Shown here: one piece after another, positions 33,071 to 43,300 of the stretch
Layout: every line of letters begins with the position of its first letter
How positions within the stretch are numbered: position 1 is the stretch's first letter
DNA from: Candidatus Stahliibacteriota bacterium
GTDB taxonomy: Bacteria > Hydrothermota > Tepidihabitantia > SM23-42
Length of the DNA stretch: 45,915 nucleotides
Reading direction: 5' to 3'
NCBI GenBank assembly: GCA_030606265.1
Contig: JAUWGT010000002.1
Location: 1 to 45,915, forward strand
The notes under the pieces: generated by a model
Databases searched by the model: none
What the model was told of the DNA's origin: nothing
Seen by the model: only the letters and a program-made list of their open reading frames with translations
Position numbers and translations under genes: made by a program

Positions 33071-36000
33071 ATGGAAGGTAAAAATATAATGTTGCGAGTT
33101 GTTGTTTTAACAACGCTCTTGACTGCACACAGCTTCGCGGCAAACTCGATATGGCACATGCCGAATGGAAGCAGTCGGGATCAGGCTAACGAAATTCTGA
33201 ACAGCGAGAATAAATATGTCTCTGGCGAATTATTAGTAGGATTCTATCCTTCAATCGGTCTGGCACAAACTAAAGCCATCCATGTGAAACACAGTTGTAC
33301 CATTATCAGCATTAATAACAAAGCAGGTTTTCATCGTGTAAGAATCCCACATTCTGCTAATGTAGAGGAAATGATTCAACAGTATCAGACAAACCCCTCG
33401 GTCAGATTTGCTGAACCCAATTATATTGCGCATGCAATGAAGATTCCCAATGACCCTTCGTATGGAAGCCAATGGGGTCTGCCCAAGATTGATGCTCCTC
33501 AGGCATGGGATACAACAACGGGCAGTAGTTCTATAATGCTATCAGTTCTTGACACCGGGGTTGATTATGACCACCCGGATTTAGATGGTGGTAAGGTGCG
33601 CACCGACATTGACTGGGATTTTTACAACAATGACGATGATGCAATGGATGACCATGGCCATGGCACACATTGTGCGGGGATATTAGGTGCTGATACTGAT
33701 AATGGCGTAGGGGTTGCCGGACTCAATTGGTTATGTCAAATATTACCGCTTAAGGTCCTCAACAACAGTGGTGCCGGATATTATTCAGACATCGCCGATG
33801 GCATAACCTATGCCACTGATCACGGCGCTAAGGTCTTATCTCTCAGTCTTGGCGGTCCTTCCTGGTCATCAGCGATGGTGGGAGCGGTTGATTATGCTTA
33901 CTCCAACAATGTAATAATTGTTGCCGCTTCCGGAAATGATTATGCCCAAAAACTGGTTTATCCAGCAGCTTATAATGAGGTAATTATGGTAGGTGCTAGT
34001 GACTCTAATGACGATCGAGCAGTTTTCAGTAATTATAATACTGAGCTTGATGTCATGGCGCCAGGCGTGAATATATACAGCACTTTGTGGGATAACACTT
34101 ACGCCAATATGAGTGGTACTTCCATGGCAACCCCTCATGTAGCTGGTCTTGCCGGGTTGATATTAGCGAGGAATCCTTCATTGAACAATGAAGAGATAAG
34201 ACAAATATCAAGACAATTTGCTGATGATATCGAAAATCCAGGCTGGGATATTTATTCAGGATACGGAAGAATAAATGCCTATCAGTCAGTTCTGAATGCT
34301 ATTGCATCTCCAGGTGTGGCATGGATACACCATCCTCAGGTTTATGGATATCTAAACCATTTTTCTGGCGTAGATACCGTATATGTAGTCGGAACCACTT
34401 CAGGTGCGTATTCCCTATATTATGGTGAAGGAACAAATCCTTCTTCCTGGATAAACTTTGCCAATGGTGGTTCAGCAATTAGTGATGATACCCTTGGATA
34501 TTGGAATCCAGGTGGGAGTGACAAGGGAATATTTACTATCAAACTGGTGTGTGGACCGGCTGAGGACAGGGTAGTAGTAAAAATAGAGGAACCAGAAATG
34601 CCGGGATGGCCGGTAATGGCCAATAGCTACTGGACAAGTCCTGCTCCGGTCATGGTAGACATTGATGGTGATGGGACTACTATGGAACTTATCGCAGCCA
34701 AGGACGAGTCCCTCTTTGTATGGCGATATGATGGAGCTATACTCAGTGGTTGGCCCCAGGCAATACTGGGCGGTAACGAGTACTACATATGGCATCACAA
34801 TGGACCTGCTATTGGAGATGTAGACGGAGACGGTGATCTGGAGATTGTGGTCTCTAACAGCCCATCTTTTGATAATGCTCCTGGCGAGCCAGGATATGAG
34901 GTGAACAGGTATGTATGGTTATTTCATCATAATGGAACCTTGATGAGCGGCTGGCCCAAATATATTTCAGAGGGTGTTAGTTCACCACCAGTTTTGAGCG
35001 ACCTGGATAATGATGGTGATCTGGAGATACTCATTGGTTCTGGAGATGTCAATATAGATGATTATGCACGTGTTTATGTCTGGCATCATAATGGCACACC
35101 ATTTCCGGGCTGGCCCCAGCAGATTATCAGTGTAACGAAGCAACCTTGTTACCAACCTCCAATAGTAGCTGACCTGGAAGGCAATGGAAGCCTCGAGATT
35201 GTAGTTTTCTCTGGTGCGGACGAATGGGCTACTGTTGACAGAACGGTCAGGATATATGCTACTAATGGTTCTTTGATAAGATCATGGGTAGTTGATGCAA
35301 ATATGTTCGGAAAGTTTCCTCGTCCACCTGGTGTAGTTGGTGATATTGATAATGACGGAGATATGGAGATCATAGTCGGTGCTTCTGAATATGGTTTTGG
35401 TTCAGATACAGGATTCTGCCACGTTGAAGTCTGGCATCATGATAGTACTGTGGTAAGCGGCTGGCCAGTCAATATAAGCGACTGCATTGCATTGAGTCTT
35501 GGCGATCTTGAGGGCGATGGGCAATTGGAGATATTCGGCGCCTCGGGTAGTGCATTTAATGGCAATTGTCGGGTATTTGTCTTTCGCAATGATGGCACCA
35601 ATGTGCCAGGTTGGCCTGTTTCCCTGGGAGAAGGCGTTGTTTTATTTTCACCTCCAGCTGTTGCTGATGTAGACGGGGACGGAGATATGGAAGTAATGGC
35701 ATCTGCCTCGCATCTTAATATGGGCATATATGTCTGGCACCATAATGGCACGCCACTCAATGGATTCCCAATAACCTTTCTTGACAATGGTTCGACTGCG
35801 ACACCTACTTTGGGAGACCTTGATGGAGATGGTGATCTTGAAGTGGCGCTTCCCACAAGTGGTTACGGTATCCAGGGGAAGATGCATGTCTGGGACTTGA
35901 CGGGTCCATATAATCCTCCTTTAATTGACTGGGGAATGCACCAGCACGATCTTTGGCACACTGGTTGGTACCATCCAAAGCCACCAACCGGGTTGTTAGC

Positions 36001-36559
36001 AACCCCAGGAACTGATTGGATCGATTTAACTTGGTACTCTAATACAGAGCCTGACATTACGGGATACAATGTCTATCGTAGTATTAGTGCGGGTGGTTCT
36101 TATACTAAAGTCAATATCGATCTGATTACAGATACCACTTATCACGATGCTGGTCTTATACCTGGACAGACCTATTTCTATGTTGTAACAGCAAGGATTA
36201 AGGCACAAACTGAAAGTCGTTACTCAAGCGAGGTGAATGCTATCATTATTGGAGTAACTGAAGACGCAAACTCCAGTATAATAACGCCGTTTCTGAGCAT
36301 ACAGCCCAACCCATCTTTAATGCAAGATCTAAGGATCTCATTTGGTGTTTCCCATGGAACTACAGTAAGACTGCAGGTTTTTGACGTATGCGGTCGGGTA
36401 GTGGTGACTCTTAATAACAGAAAGATGACTTCGGGAATTTATTTATTTAGATGGAATAGAAAGGATAAAAATGACCGTACAATTCCCAGTGGTGTTTACT
36501 TTGTGCGGTTAGATACGAAAGAATTCAAGAAGACAAAAAAAATGATACTACTGCAATGA
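33071..36559 (+). CDS. Subtilisin-family (S8) serine protease with FG-GAP beta-propeller, Fn3 and T9SS sorting domains
   Basis: Signal peptide. I9-like propeptide. Catalytic triad contexts LDTGVDYDHPDL, HGTHCAGI, SGTSMATPHVAG. Seven GDxDGDGDLE-type FG-GAP calcium loops. Fn3-like LTWYSNTEPDITGYNVYR. C-terminus IQPNPS...VFDVCGRVV...SGVYFVRL...KKMILLQ. AAGGAGG SD. Confidence 0.9.
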   Translation: MEGKNIMLRVVVLTTLLTAHSFAANSIWHMPNGSSRDQANEILNSENKYVSGELLVGFYPSIGLAQTKAIHVKHSCTIISINNKAGFHRVRIPHSANVEEMIQQYQTNPSVRFAEPNYIAHAMKIPNDPSYGSQWGLPKIDAPQAWDTTTGSSSIMLSVLDTGVDYDHPDLDGGKVRTDIDWDFYNNDDDAMDDHGHGTHCAGILGADTDNGVGVAGLNWLCQILPLKVLNNSGAGYYSDIADGITYATDHGAKVLSLSLGGPSWSSAMVGAVDYAYSNNVIIVAASGNDYAQKLVYPAAYNEVIMVGASDSNDDRAVFSNYNTELDVMAPGVNIYSTLWDNTYANMSGTSMATPHVAGLAGLILARNPSLNNEEIRQISRQFADDIENPGWDIYSGYGRINAYQSVLNAIASPGVAWIHHPQVYGYLNHFSGVDTVYVVGTTSGAYSLYYGEGTNPSSWINFANGGSAISDDTLGYWNPGGSDKGIFTIKLVCGPAEDRVVVKIEEPEMPGWPVMANSYWTSPAPVMVDIDGDGTTMELIAAKDESLFVWRYDGAILSGWPQAILGGNEYYIWHHNGPAIGDVDGDGDLEIVVSNSPSFDNAPGEPGYEVNRYVWLFHHNGTLMSGWPKYISEGVSSPPVLSDLDNDGDLEILIGSGDVNIDDYARVYVWHHNGTPFPGWPQQIISVTKQPCYQPPIVADLEGNGSLEIVVFSGADEWATVDRTVRIYATNGSLIRSWVVDANMFGKFPRPPGVVGDIDNDGDMEIIVGASEYGFGSDTGFCHVEVWHHDSTVVSGWPVNISDCIALSLGDLEGDGQLEIFGASGSAFNGNCRVFVFRNDGTNVPGWPVSLGEGVVLFSPPAVADVDGDGDMEVMASASHLNMGIYVWHHNGTPLNGFPITFLDNGSTATPTLGDLDGDGDLEVALPTSGYGIQGKMHVWDLTGPYNPPLIDWGMHQHDLWHTGWYHPKPPTGLLATPGTDWIDLTWYSNTEPDITGYNVYRSISAGGSYTKVNIDLITDTTYHDAGLIPGQTYFYVVTARIKAQTESRYSSEVNAIIIGVTEDANSSIITPFLSIQPNPSLMQDLRISFGVSHGTTVRLQVFDVCGRVVVTLNNRKMTSGIYLFRWNRKDKNDRTIPSGVYFVRLDTKEFKKTKKMILLQ

Positions 36560-36570
36560 CAGTAATACAA

Positions 36571-36603
36571 GAGGCTTAGCCTTAAAAATAAAGGCTAAGC
36601 CTC
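36571..36603. terminator. Perfect 13-bp hairpin between convergent genes (no clear U-tract)
   Basis: GAGGCTTAGCCTT aaaaata AAGGCTAAGCCTC. Overlaps the stop codon and last codons of regulator B. Confidence 0.45.
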
Positions 36604-38808
36604 TAATAAAGCCTTTATTTCTCCCGAATAAGGGATTATTTTAACAACCTTCTCCAGCACTTTCTTCACGTCCTTCTTGTTCCCGTGCTCTAAACAACTC
36701 TTTGCAAAGTGAATGGCTTCACTCTCCAATTCATTCAAGATCACCCCACGCATATGCTCTGACCAGGGATCATACATTTTCTTAAATGGCTCACCGCGGA
36801 ATAAAGCAAATGCCCTTAAATACTCTTTCTTTGCAAACACCCATTCGCCTGCGCGTTTGAGTGCCTTTGCCTGCGCAAGTGTTTCTCCAAAGAGTTTATA
36901 GTCGGTAGTAAAATAAAAATCCCAACGTAAGAAATCACCGTGAATTCTTATTAAATGTGAAGGTAATGAAAGATTTCTTTTAATGCGCACTAAAAGATGG
37001 GATAAATTTCTTGCTGGTTTCAGACTTTGAGACCAGAAGTTGCGGTATAGTTCTTTTAACGCTATTTTACGGACTTTGCTAATCGACAGATGAATAATAA
37101 ACGATCTGTCTTTTGGGCTTAACTTCAACCTCGAGATCGGTTTTTCTCCTTTAAGAATACTGAATCTGCCAAGAAATCTAAGGTGATATACAAAAGGTTC
37201 GATCTGAAAGGCTGGCATCTTTAGAAAAGCTCTGGGTAATCCAGAGTTCTTACCTTTTTTCAAGAGTTGTACTACTGGTTCCGGATAAAACAAGACAAGA
37301 CGTTCAAAGAGACCAAAAAGCTTCCGGGAACGAGCATACCTCAATGCTTTCTGGTAATCCTTTGCTTTTAAACTTATTCTTGCCTGATAAGAAAGATAAG
37401 CCAAGCGAAGATTAGGCACAAGTAGGGCTTTTTTTGGTAAATTAGTATCCCCTAAAAGAATCTTTCGTAGAAGATATTCCTTTTCCAATCGGTATTTTTT
37501 AAATAGTGTGTTATATTTTCTCAATAGAACTTCTGCTTTTTTCTTCTCACCCATCGCAGCATGACAACAAGCAAGGATAAAAGTAGCAAGATGGAGAAAT
37601 CTTCTAATTTCCTCTTTTTTCGATTGTACCAATGCTTGTACTGCAAATGCAGACGCCTTTTGAAAATCGCCTTGATCAAGATAGGCAAATGCTCTAAAAA
37701 GAGATGCCCGTGAATGGTAATCCCATTCCTTTGGTCTCCCTTCTTTTAGAACTTTCAAGGCAGCACGGTAATCACCCGCGGTTGTAAGGAATCCGGCAAG
37801 GCTTGCAAGGAGATGCTTTCGATAATCTGGATTAGCCCCTTTAAGAGCCTTTGTTGCCCATGATATTGCTTCGCGGTAATACCCTAATACAGAATAGAGT
37901 CCGGTTAATTCGCCCATGAAAAAACATGGGTCAGGAAGGTTTCTGATGATTATCTTGCATTTCTTAACACATTTCAGTGCTTCCGGAATTCTAAGGAGGG
38001 TTCCTAATGCATGTCCTTCAAATAGCAAAATGGTGAAGCAAAGACCAGAATCTCTTAACCCCTTTGTTTTTCTTCTTAATATGCTTACTAATTCTAACAT
38101 CCCCTTTGGCTCGCCTAACCACATCAAGGCATAACCTTGTTCAATACCAGCCCGAAGTGAAGAATAGTACATTTTCTGTTTTTCTAATTTCATTCTGAGT
38201 TTCTCAGCCTTTCTACGATAAACAGAAAGAGGAATCGCTCCAAACTCACTACTGAGTCTGTCAACCTGCCTTTTTGTCGACAGCAGTTGTTCTGGGATTT
38301 CCTTAATAATCTCAGGATAAGGAAAAACTGAACAGGAATTGATAATTTTCGCTGCCCCTGTCAGGTTTTTCTCGCTAATCATTTTCTTTATTCTTTGTTT
38401 TGTCCGTGGAGAAACAGAGGTAGTATTTTGATACTCTCTATATGAAGTGCATAATCGCTCTTTTACAAATCCAATCAACCCATGCCTTTGCCAAATACCC
38501 CAGATACATTTTGTTGAAACCTGTATTCCCTTTTGCTTGAGCATATCTTGTGCCTTACGAACAGTCAAGGATGGAATCAGTTCCTTCAATCCAACAATCT
38601 CATCTTCAATTATCTCTGGCGTTCTTCTCCAGTGCTTTTCAGTATGTTCTCCTCTTATTAGTTTTTCAGTACCGCCCTCTTTATACCATCTTACCCATCG
38701 CCAGAGCGTATTTCGGTGGATTTTGTACATAGCTGCTTTCTTTCTCAAAGAACCTTGTGAAAGGTAATCCTTGACTGCCTGAGTTCTTGTTTTAGTATCG
38801 ACCTTCAT
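36595..38808 (-). CDS. Large regulator B (paralogue of regulator A)
   Basis: Same architecture: SLRKKAAMYKIHRNTLWRWVRWYKEGGTEKL, LTVRKAQDMLKQKGIQVSTKCIWGIWQRHGL, helical repeats, YHLRFLGRFSILKGE, AKALKRAGEWVFAKKEYLRAFALFRGEPF. ATG 38808 is preferred. The track start TTG 38859 coincides with the -35 hexamer of the gene's own promoter. Confidence 0.65.
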   Translation of the reverse strand: MKVDTKTRTQAVKDYLSQGSLRKKAAMYKIHRNTLWRWVRWYKEGGTEKLIRGEHTEKHWRRTPEIIEDEIVGLKELIPSLTVRKAQDMLKQKGIQVSTKCIWGIWQRHGLIGFVKERLCTSYREYQNTTSVSPRTKQRIKKMISEKNLTGAAKIINSCSVFPYPEIIKEIPEQLLSTKRQVDRLSSEFGAIPLSVYRRKAEKLRMKLEKQKMYYSSLRAGIEQGYALMWLGEPKGMLELVSILRRKTKGLRDSGLCFTILLFEGHALGTLLRIPEALKCVKKCKIIIRNLPDPCFFMGELTGLYSVLGYYREAISWATKALKGANPDYRKHLLASLAGFLTTAGDYRAALKVLKEGRPKEWDYHSRASLFRAFAYLDQGDFQKASAFAVQALVQSKKEEIRRFLHLATFILACCHAAMGEKKKAEVLLRKYNTLFKKYRLEKEYLLRKILLGDTNLPKKALLVPNLRLAYLSYQARISLKAKDYQKALRYARSRKLFGLFERLVLFYPEPVVQLLKKGKNSGLPRAFLKMPAFQIEPFVYHLRFLGRFSILKGEKPISRLKLSPKDRSFIIHLSISKVRKIALKELYRNFWSQSLKPARNLSHLLVRIKRNLSLPSHLIRIHGDFLRWDFYFTTDYKLFGETLAQAKALKRAGEWVFAKKEYLRAFALFRGEPFKKMYDPWSEHMRGVILNELESEAIHFAKSCLEHGNKKDVKKVLEKVVKIIPYSGEIKALLEA
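36824..36871. repeat. 48-nt block identical to 30923-30970
   Basis: See 30923-30970. Confidence 0.9.
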
Positions 38809-38831
38809 GTTTGTCACTAATCTATGGAAAC

Positions 38832-38859
38832 ATTCTATATACTCTTGGACTTTTGTCAA
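38832..38859 (-). promoter_or_regulatory. sigma70-type promoter (minus strand), TTGACA / 16 nt / TAGAAT, for regulator B
   Basis: Reverse complement of 38854-38859 and 38832-38837. ATG 38808 lies 23 nt after the -10. Confidence 0.4.
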
Positions 38860-38967
38860 TAGAGGCTATATTCAAGCGATATTCCGTATCAGTAAATGCC
38901 TGGCACAAAGGTGTTTACGTAATTTCAGACACAACGCCAGATATATTTAAGTATACAAGGAGATATT

Positions 38968-40353
38968 ATGAAATTTTCGAGGTTATCTATTCTGGGAACG
39001 ATGCTGTTGATTTCTCTACCAATCTATGGGCAATCCTGGATCAAAACATATGGAGGAGACGCATGGGATTTTGGACATTCTGTTCAGCAAAGTCTGGATG
39101 GCGGCTATATCATCACAGGAAGGACAATGTCAGCTGGCGCAGGAGGAGAAGATCTTTATCTTATTAAGATTGATGCTAACGGAGATACTATCTGGTCCAA
39201 GACATACGGTGGAGCAAATTCTGATGGAGGATGCTGTGTCCAAAAGACATCAGATAGTGGGTACGTTATCGTCGGTCGAACATTATCATTCGGTGCTGGA
39301 TATGTGGACGTCTGGCTTCTGAAGACTGATTCGTTAGGGGACACACTCTGGACAAAGACATACGGAACTTCAAATGAGGATTGGGGATATTTTGGACAGC
39401 AAACCATGGATGGTGGTTATATCATCACTGGTTACCAGATGTTTTCCCCAGGAGAAGGGGATGTTTGGCTCATAAAAACCGACGAATCTGGAAATGTATT
39501 GTGGACAAATACCTTTGGTGGGTCAAATTATGATGAAGCTCGTTCTGTGAGACAAACTCCTGATAAAGGATACATCATCTGTGGAACGGATAATTTTAAC
39601 ACATCCAACTCAGAACTCTACCTTATCAAGACAGATTCTCTTGGTAGCGAAGAATGGTCCAAGACATACGGCGGAGCGTTAATGGATTATGGACTTGGTA
39701 TAGCACTAACATCAGATGGAGGATATATTGCAGTAGGGAAAAAAACTATTTCAGGAGTTGCAGGACAAGCCTATTTAGTTAGAGTCACTAGCAATGGGGA
39801 TACTCTATGGACAAAAGTTTTCGGAGGAACAGCCGAAGACTATGCTCACTCTGTTCAAGAAACTTCCGACAGTGGTTTTATCATAGCTGGTTCGATTGGG
39901 ATTCCAACGAACCACTATGGTTATCTTATCAAAACCGAACCCTCAGGAGATAGCCTGTGGTCAAAAACCTACGGTGGTTCACCAAGAAATCACAACTTTT
40001 TCTCTGTCCAGGAAACTAATGATGGCGGATATATCTGTGTGGGATCTATATCAGGTGATTATGATGTTTATGCTGTCAAGACTGATACTAACGGAAATGT
40101 CGGAATTAAAGAGGATATGGAAACAAGGAAGGAGAAACAAAATGCAGGATTGTTTGCGTCGCCCAATCCTTTTGTCTCCTTTACAACCGTGCCAGGATTT
40201 GAAAGGGAGAAATTTTTAGTCTACGATATTCAGGGTCGCTTGATAGAAAAATACCCTGGAAATCGTATTGGTGAAGATTTATGTGCAGGAGTATATTTCT
40301 TGAAATTCGCGGGGCGGGACAGTAAATTGGTGCGGGTGGTAAAAATACAGTAA
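38968..40353 (+). CDS. Beta-propeller repeat protein with T9SS sorting domain
   Basis: Signal peptide. About eight ~48-aa repeats W(S/T)KTYGG...D.G.SVQ.T.DGGYII.G......D.(W/Y)LIKTD..G. C-terminus ASPNPF...VYDIQGRLI...AGVYFLKF...VRVVKIQ. AAGGAG SD. Confidence 0.8.
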   Translation: MKFSRLSILGTMLLISLPIYGQSWIKTYGGDAWDFGHSVQQSLDGGYIITGRTMSAGAGGEDLYLIKIDANGDTIWSKTYGGANSDGGCCVQKTSDSGYVIVGRTLSFGAGYVDVWLLKTDSLGDTLWTKTYGTSNEDWGYFGQQTMDGGYIITGYQMFSPGEGDVWLIKTDESGNVLWTNTFGGSNYDEARSVRQTPDKGYIICGTDNFNTSNSELYLIKTDSLGSEEWSKTYGGALMDYGLGIALTSDGGYIAVGKKTISGVAGQAYLVRVTSNGDTLWTKVFGGTAEDYAHSVQETSDSGFIIAGSIGIPTNHYGYLIKTEPSGDSLWSKTYGGSPRNHNFFSVQETNDGGYICVGSISGDYDVYAVKTDTNGNVGIKEDMETRKEKQNAGLFASPNPFVSFTTVPGFEREKFLVYDIQGRLIEKYPGNRIGEDLCAGVYFLKFAGRDSKLVRVVKIQ

Positions 40354-40364
40354 GGAGGTATATT

Positions 40365-43300
40365 GTGTTTGCAGAATATAAACGTGTGATTGGCGTATTC
40401 CTATTGGCGGGAATTCTTCATCCCATGTTTGGTCAAACCCAGGAATGGGTTTACACATATAATGGGTCAACTGATGAACATGATCGGTTCAACAGTATTG
40501 TCTATGGTGGAGATGGAAATATCTATGTGTCTGGTTTTTCTGATGTCCAATGGCCCTCTTTACCTGGGGATTTTATCATAGTGAGCTTTGACACCTCAGG
40601 AACTGAACGCTGGTTTTATCGTCAAGCATTCGGTAGTGCAAGTTATCCTGCTTCTAAAATAATATGGGCAGGAGATGGAAATATATATGCTGGAACCTCG
40701 AACTTTGTGATCAGTTTAACACCTTCTGGAACTGAACGCTGGGTTTATTCAGATGCATCAAGTGTCAACTCCATAGACTATGGTAGTGATGGAAATCTCT
40801 ATATTGCTTCTGGTAATGATGTAATTAGTCTTACCACTGGAGGTGTTGAACGCTGGGTTTATCCTGGAATAGGCTATGGATATGACATCGTGTATGGTTC
40901 AGACGGCAATATCTATATTGCTTCGAAGAAAGATGACAAATTTACTGTAGTGAGTTTAACGTCAGGCGGTAATGAACGCTGGATATATTCATATAATGGT
41001 CCACTTGATGATGATTATGCAAAATCTATTGTCTTTGGCTCAGATGGCAATATCTATGCTGCAGGTAAGATTAGAACTGACCACTATAGTGATCTTTTTG
41101 TAGTGAGTTTGACTCCTTCAAATGTAGAACGATGGACATATATATACAGTGGACCGGGTGCTTACTGGGATTATGCAGCAGATATGACCATGGGCTTAGA
41201 TGGAAATCTCTATGTAACAGGAAAGGGTGGTTATGGGGGGAGCCAGGGTGATATCATTATTTTGAGTTTCACCCCTTTAGGTAACAGACGCTGGCTTTAT
41301 AACTATAATGGACCTGGAGGGAGTTCAGACTGCGCCTATGCTGTTTCCTATGGTCTGGATGGGAATATTTATGTTAGTGGTGAAAGTGTGGGGTTTGGTT
41401 CCTATGATGCTGTTGCCATATCCCTTACACCATTTGGCAATAAGCGTTGGGTATACCGGTATAATGGAGGAGATGAGGATGCCTCCTGGTCTTCTATTTA
41501 TGGTTCAGATGGAAGACTTTATATCTGCGGTGATACATACAGAAATATCCCAACTTTCAATGCAGACCTTCTCCTTATTAAGGTCAACCCGGGTGCAACT
41601 GGGGTATCTGATATCAGTACAAATCCAGCGGAACTGATCTTTGATTTTAGTAGCAAGGACTACCAGGATTCTTGGTGCCCGTCTGAAACAAGAGTATCAT
41701 CTGTCGTGCCGATTGCCCAAGATCTGATCGAAAAGTTAGAAAATTTACCTGCCTATGAGTTAATTCCCATTATCATTTTGATGTCCGAACAATTAAATAC
41801 CACTGCATTACAGGATCAAATACGTGATTTGCCAAAAACCGAACGCAGGAGTTTTGTTACATCAAAAGCAAAATCTCTGGCGCAGAGGACTCAGGAACAG
41901 ATACTCTCTTTTTTGGATGTTAAGAAATCAGAAGGCAAGGCAAATGACATCAGTTCCTTGTGGATTGTGAATTCTATTTCAGCCGAAGCATCATCTGATG
42001 TGATCCGTGAACTCTCTAAAATGCCGGGAGTCTGTCAGCTTTGGTTTGACGGAGATTATTTTCACGCCTTAGAAGATATCGGTCCGAAGAGAAAAATTAT
42101 TACAAGAGATATTGCCTGGGGCGTAGAAAAGATCAGGGCTAATGATGTCTGGAATAACCTGGGCTATACAGGCAAAGGCATAATTGTTGGGGTTCTTGAT
42201 ACTGGGGTTAGATGGAGCCATCATGATCTGGAAGACCATATGTGGGATGGTGGTACATTATATCCTCATCACGGCTGGAATTTTGTAAGTGATCACAACT
42301 CACCTGCTGATGATAATGGACACGGCACACATGTTGCCGGCACGATTGCCGGTGATGGAACATCAGGGACTCAAACCGGGGTTGCTCCTGATGCCCAGAT
42401 AATGGTGCTGAAGATCTTGAACTCATCAGGTAGTGGAAGTCTTTCAGATATGGCAAAAGCAGTCCAGTTCGCAGTTGACCACAATGCTGATATTGTTAAT
42501 GTATCTGTGGGTTCGGCTAATCCAAGTGACGGAACAAAAGATTATTGTCGGGATATGTGTAATATGGCATATGCTGCTGATCTACCAATGGCGATTGCTG
42601 CAGGAAATGGTGATGGCGCGGGTGGGCATTTTGCCATACCTTACGACATCTACACACCCGGTGATGTTCCTGCTCCCTGGTATGGCAGTACCGGGCATAG
42701 TGCATCAATGACAGTTGGCGCAACCGATAACAATGACATTATTGCGGGCTTCTCAAGTTATGGGCCTACCCAGTGGAATACATCGATTTATGCTGATTAC
42801 CTTTATCCCCCAGGTTTGATAAAACCTGATGTAAGTGCACCAGGTGTAAATATCACGTCGCTTCTTCATACAAGTGCATCAGGATACACTATCAAAAGTG
42901 GTACTTCAATGGCAACACCCCATCTTGCCGGCACCATCGCGTTGATACTTGAAAAGAATCCCTTTCTAACCTGTTCGCAAATAGATAGTATCATTGAAAA
43001 CTTCGGCGTTGTTGATCTCGGAAATCCTGGTAAAGATACTTACTACGGCGCTGGTCGGCTTGATGCCTATGATGCAGTAGAAGCAGTTCAGGCAACTGTA
43101 GCGGAAAAAGGAGTTTTCTATATTAGAAATGCTGCCTCAGCAACCGGGAACCTGGAATTCGATGAACTTTCATGGCAGGCAAATTGGATAACAGAAGCGA
43201 TCCCTGCCTCCTATGCTGTTGGACCTGGAGAATCAACCGTTGTTAAGGTCTATGTAGATACGAGCGGTCTAGCGTCTGGAACATACTGGGACACACTCCG

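Noticed and set aside
30637-38859. IS element or transposase call for the two large minus-strand genes, based on their IS630/Tc1-like N-terminal HTH
   Set aside because: They have no DDE/RNase H-like catalytic region, no terminal inverted repeats and no target-site duplications. The remaining ~600 aa are TPR-like plus wHTH/BTAD, so they are regulators with a domesticated HTH, not mobile elements.
38901-38916. Sigma54 promoter (TGGCAC at 38901-38906) upstream of the propeller/protease operon
   Set aside because: The -24 element matches, but the -12 position reads GTGTTT rather than TTGC(A/T) at the required spacing. No enhancer-binding protein lies nearby.
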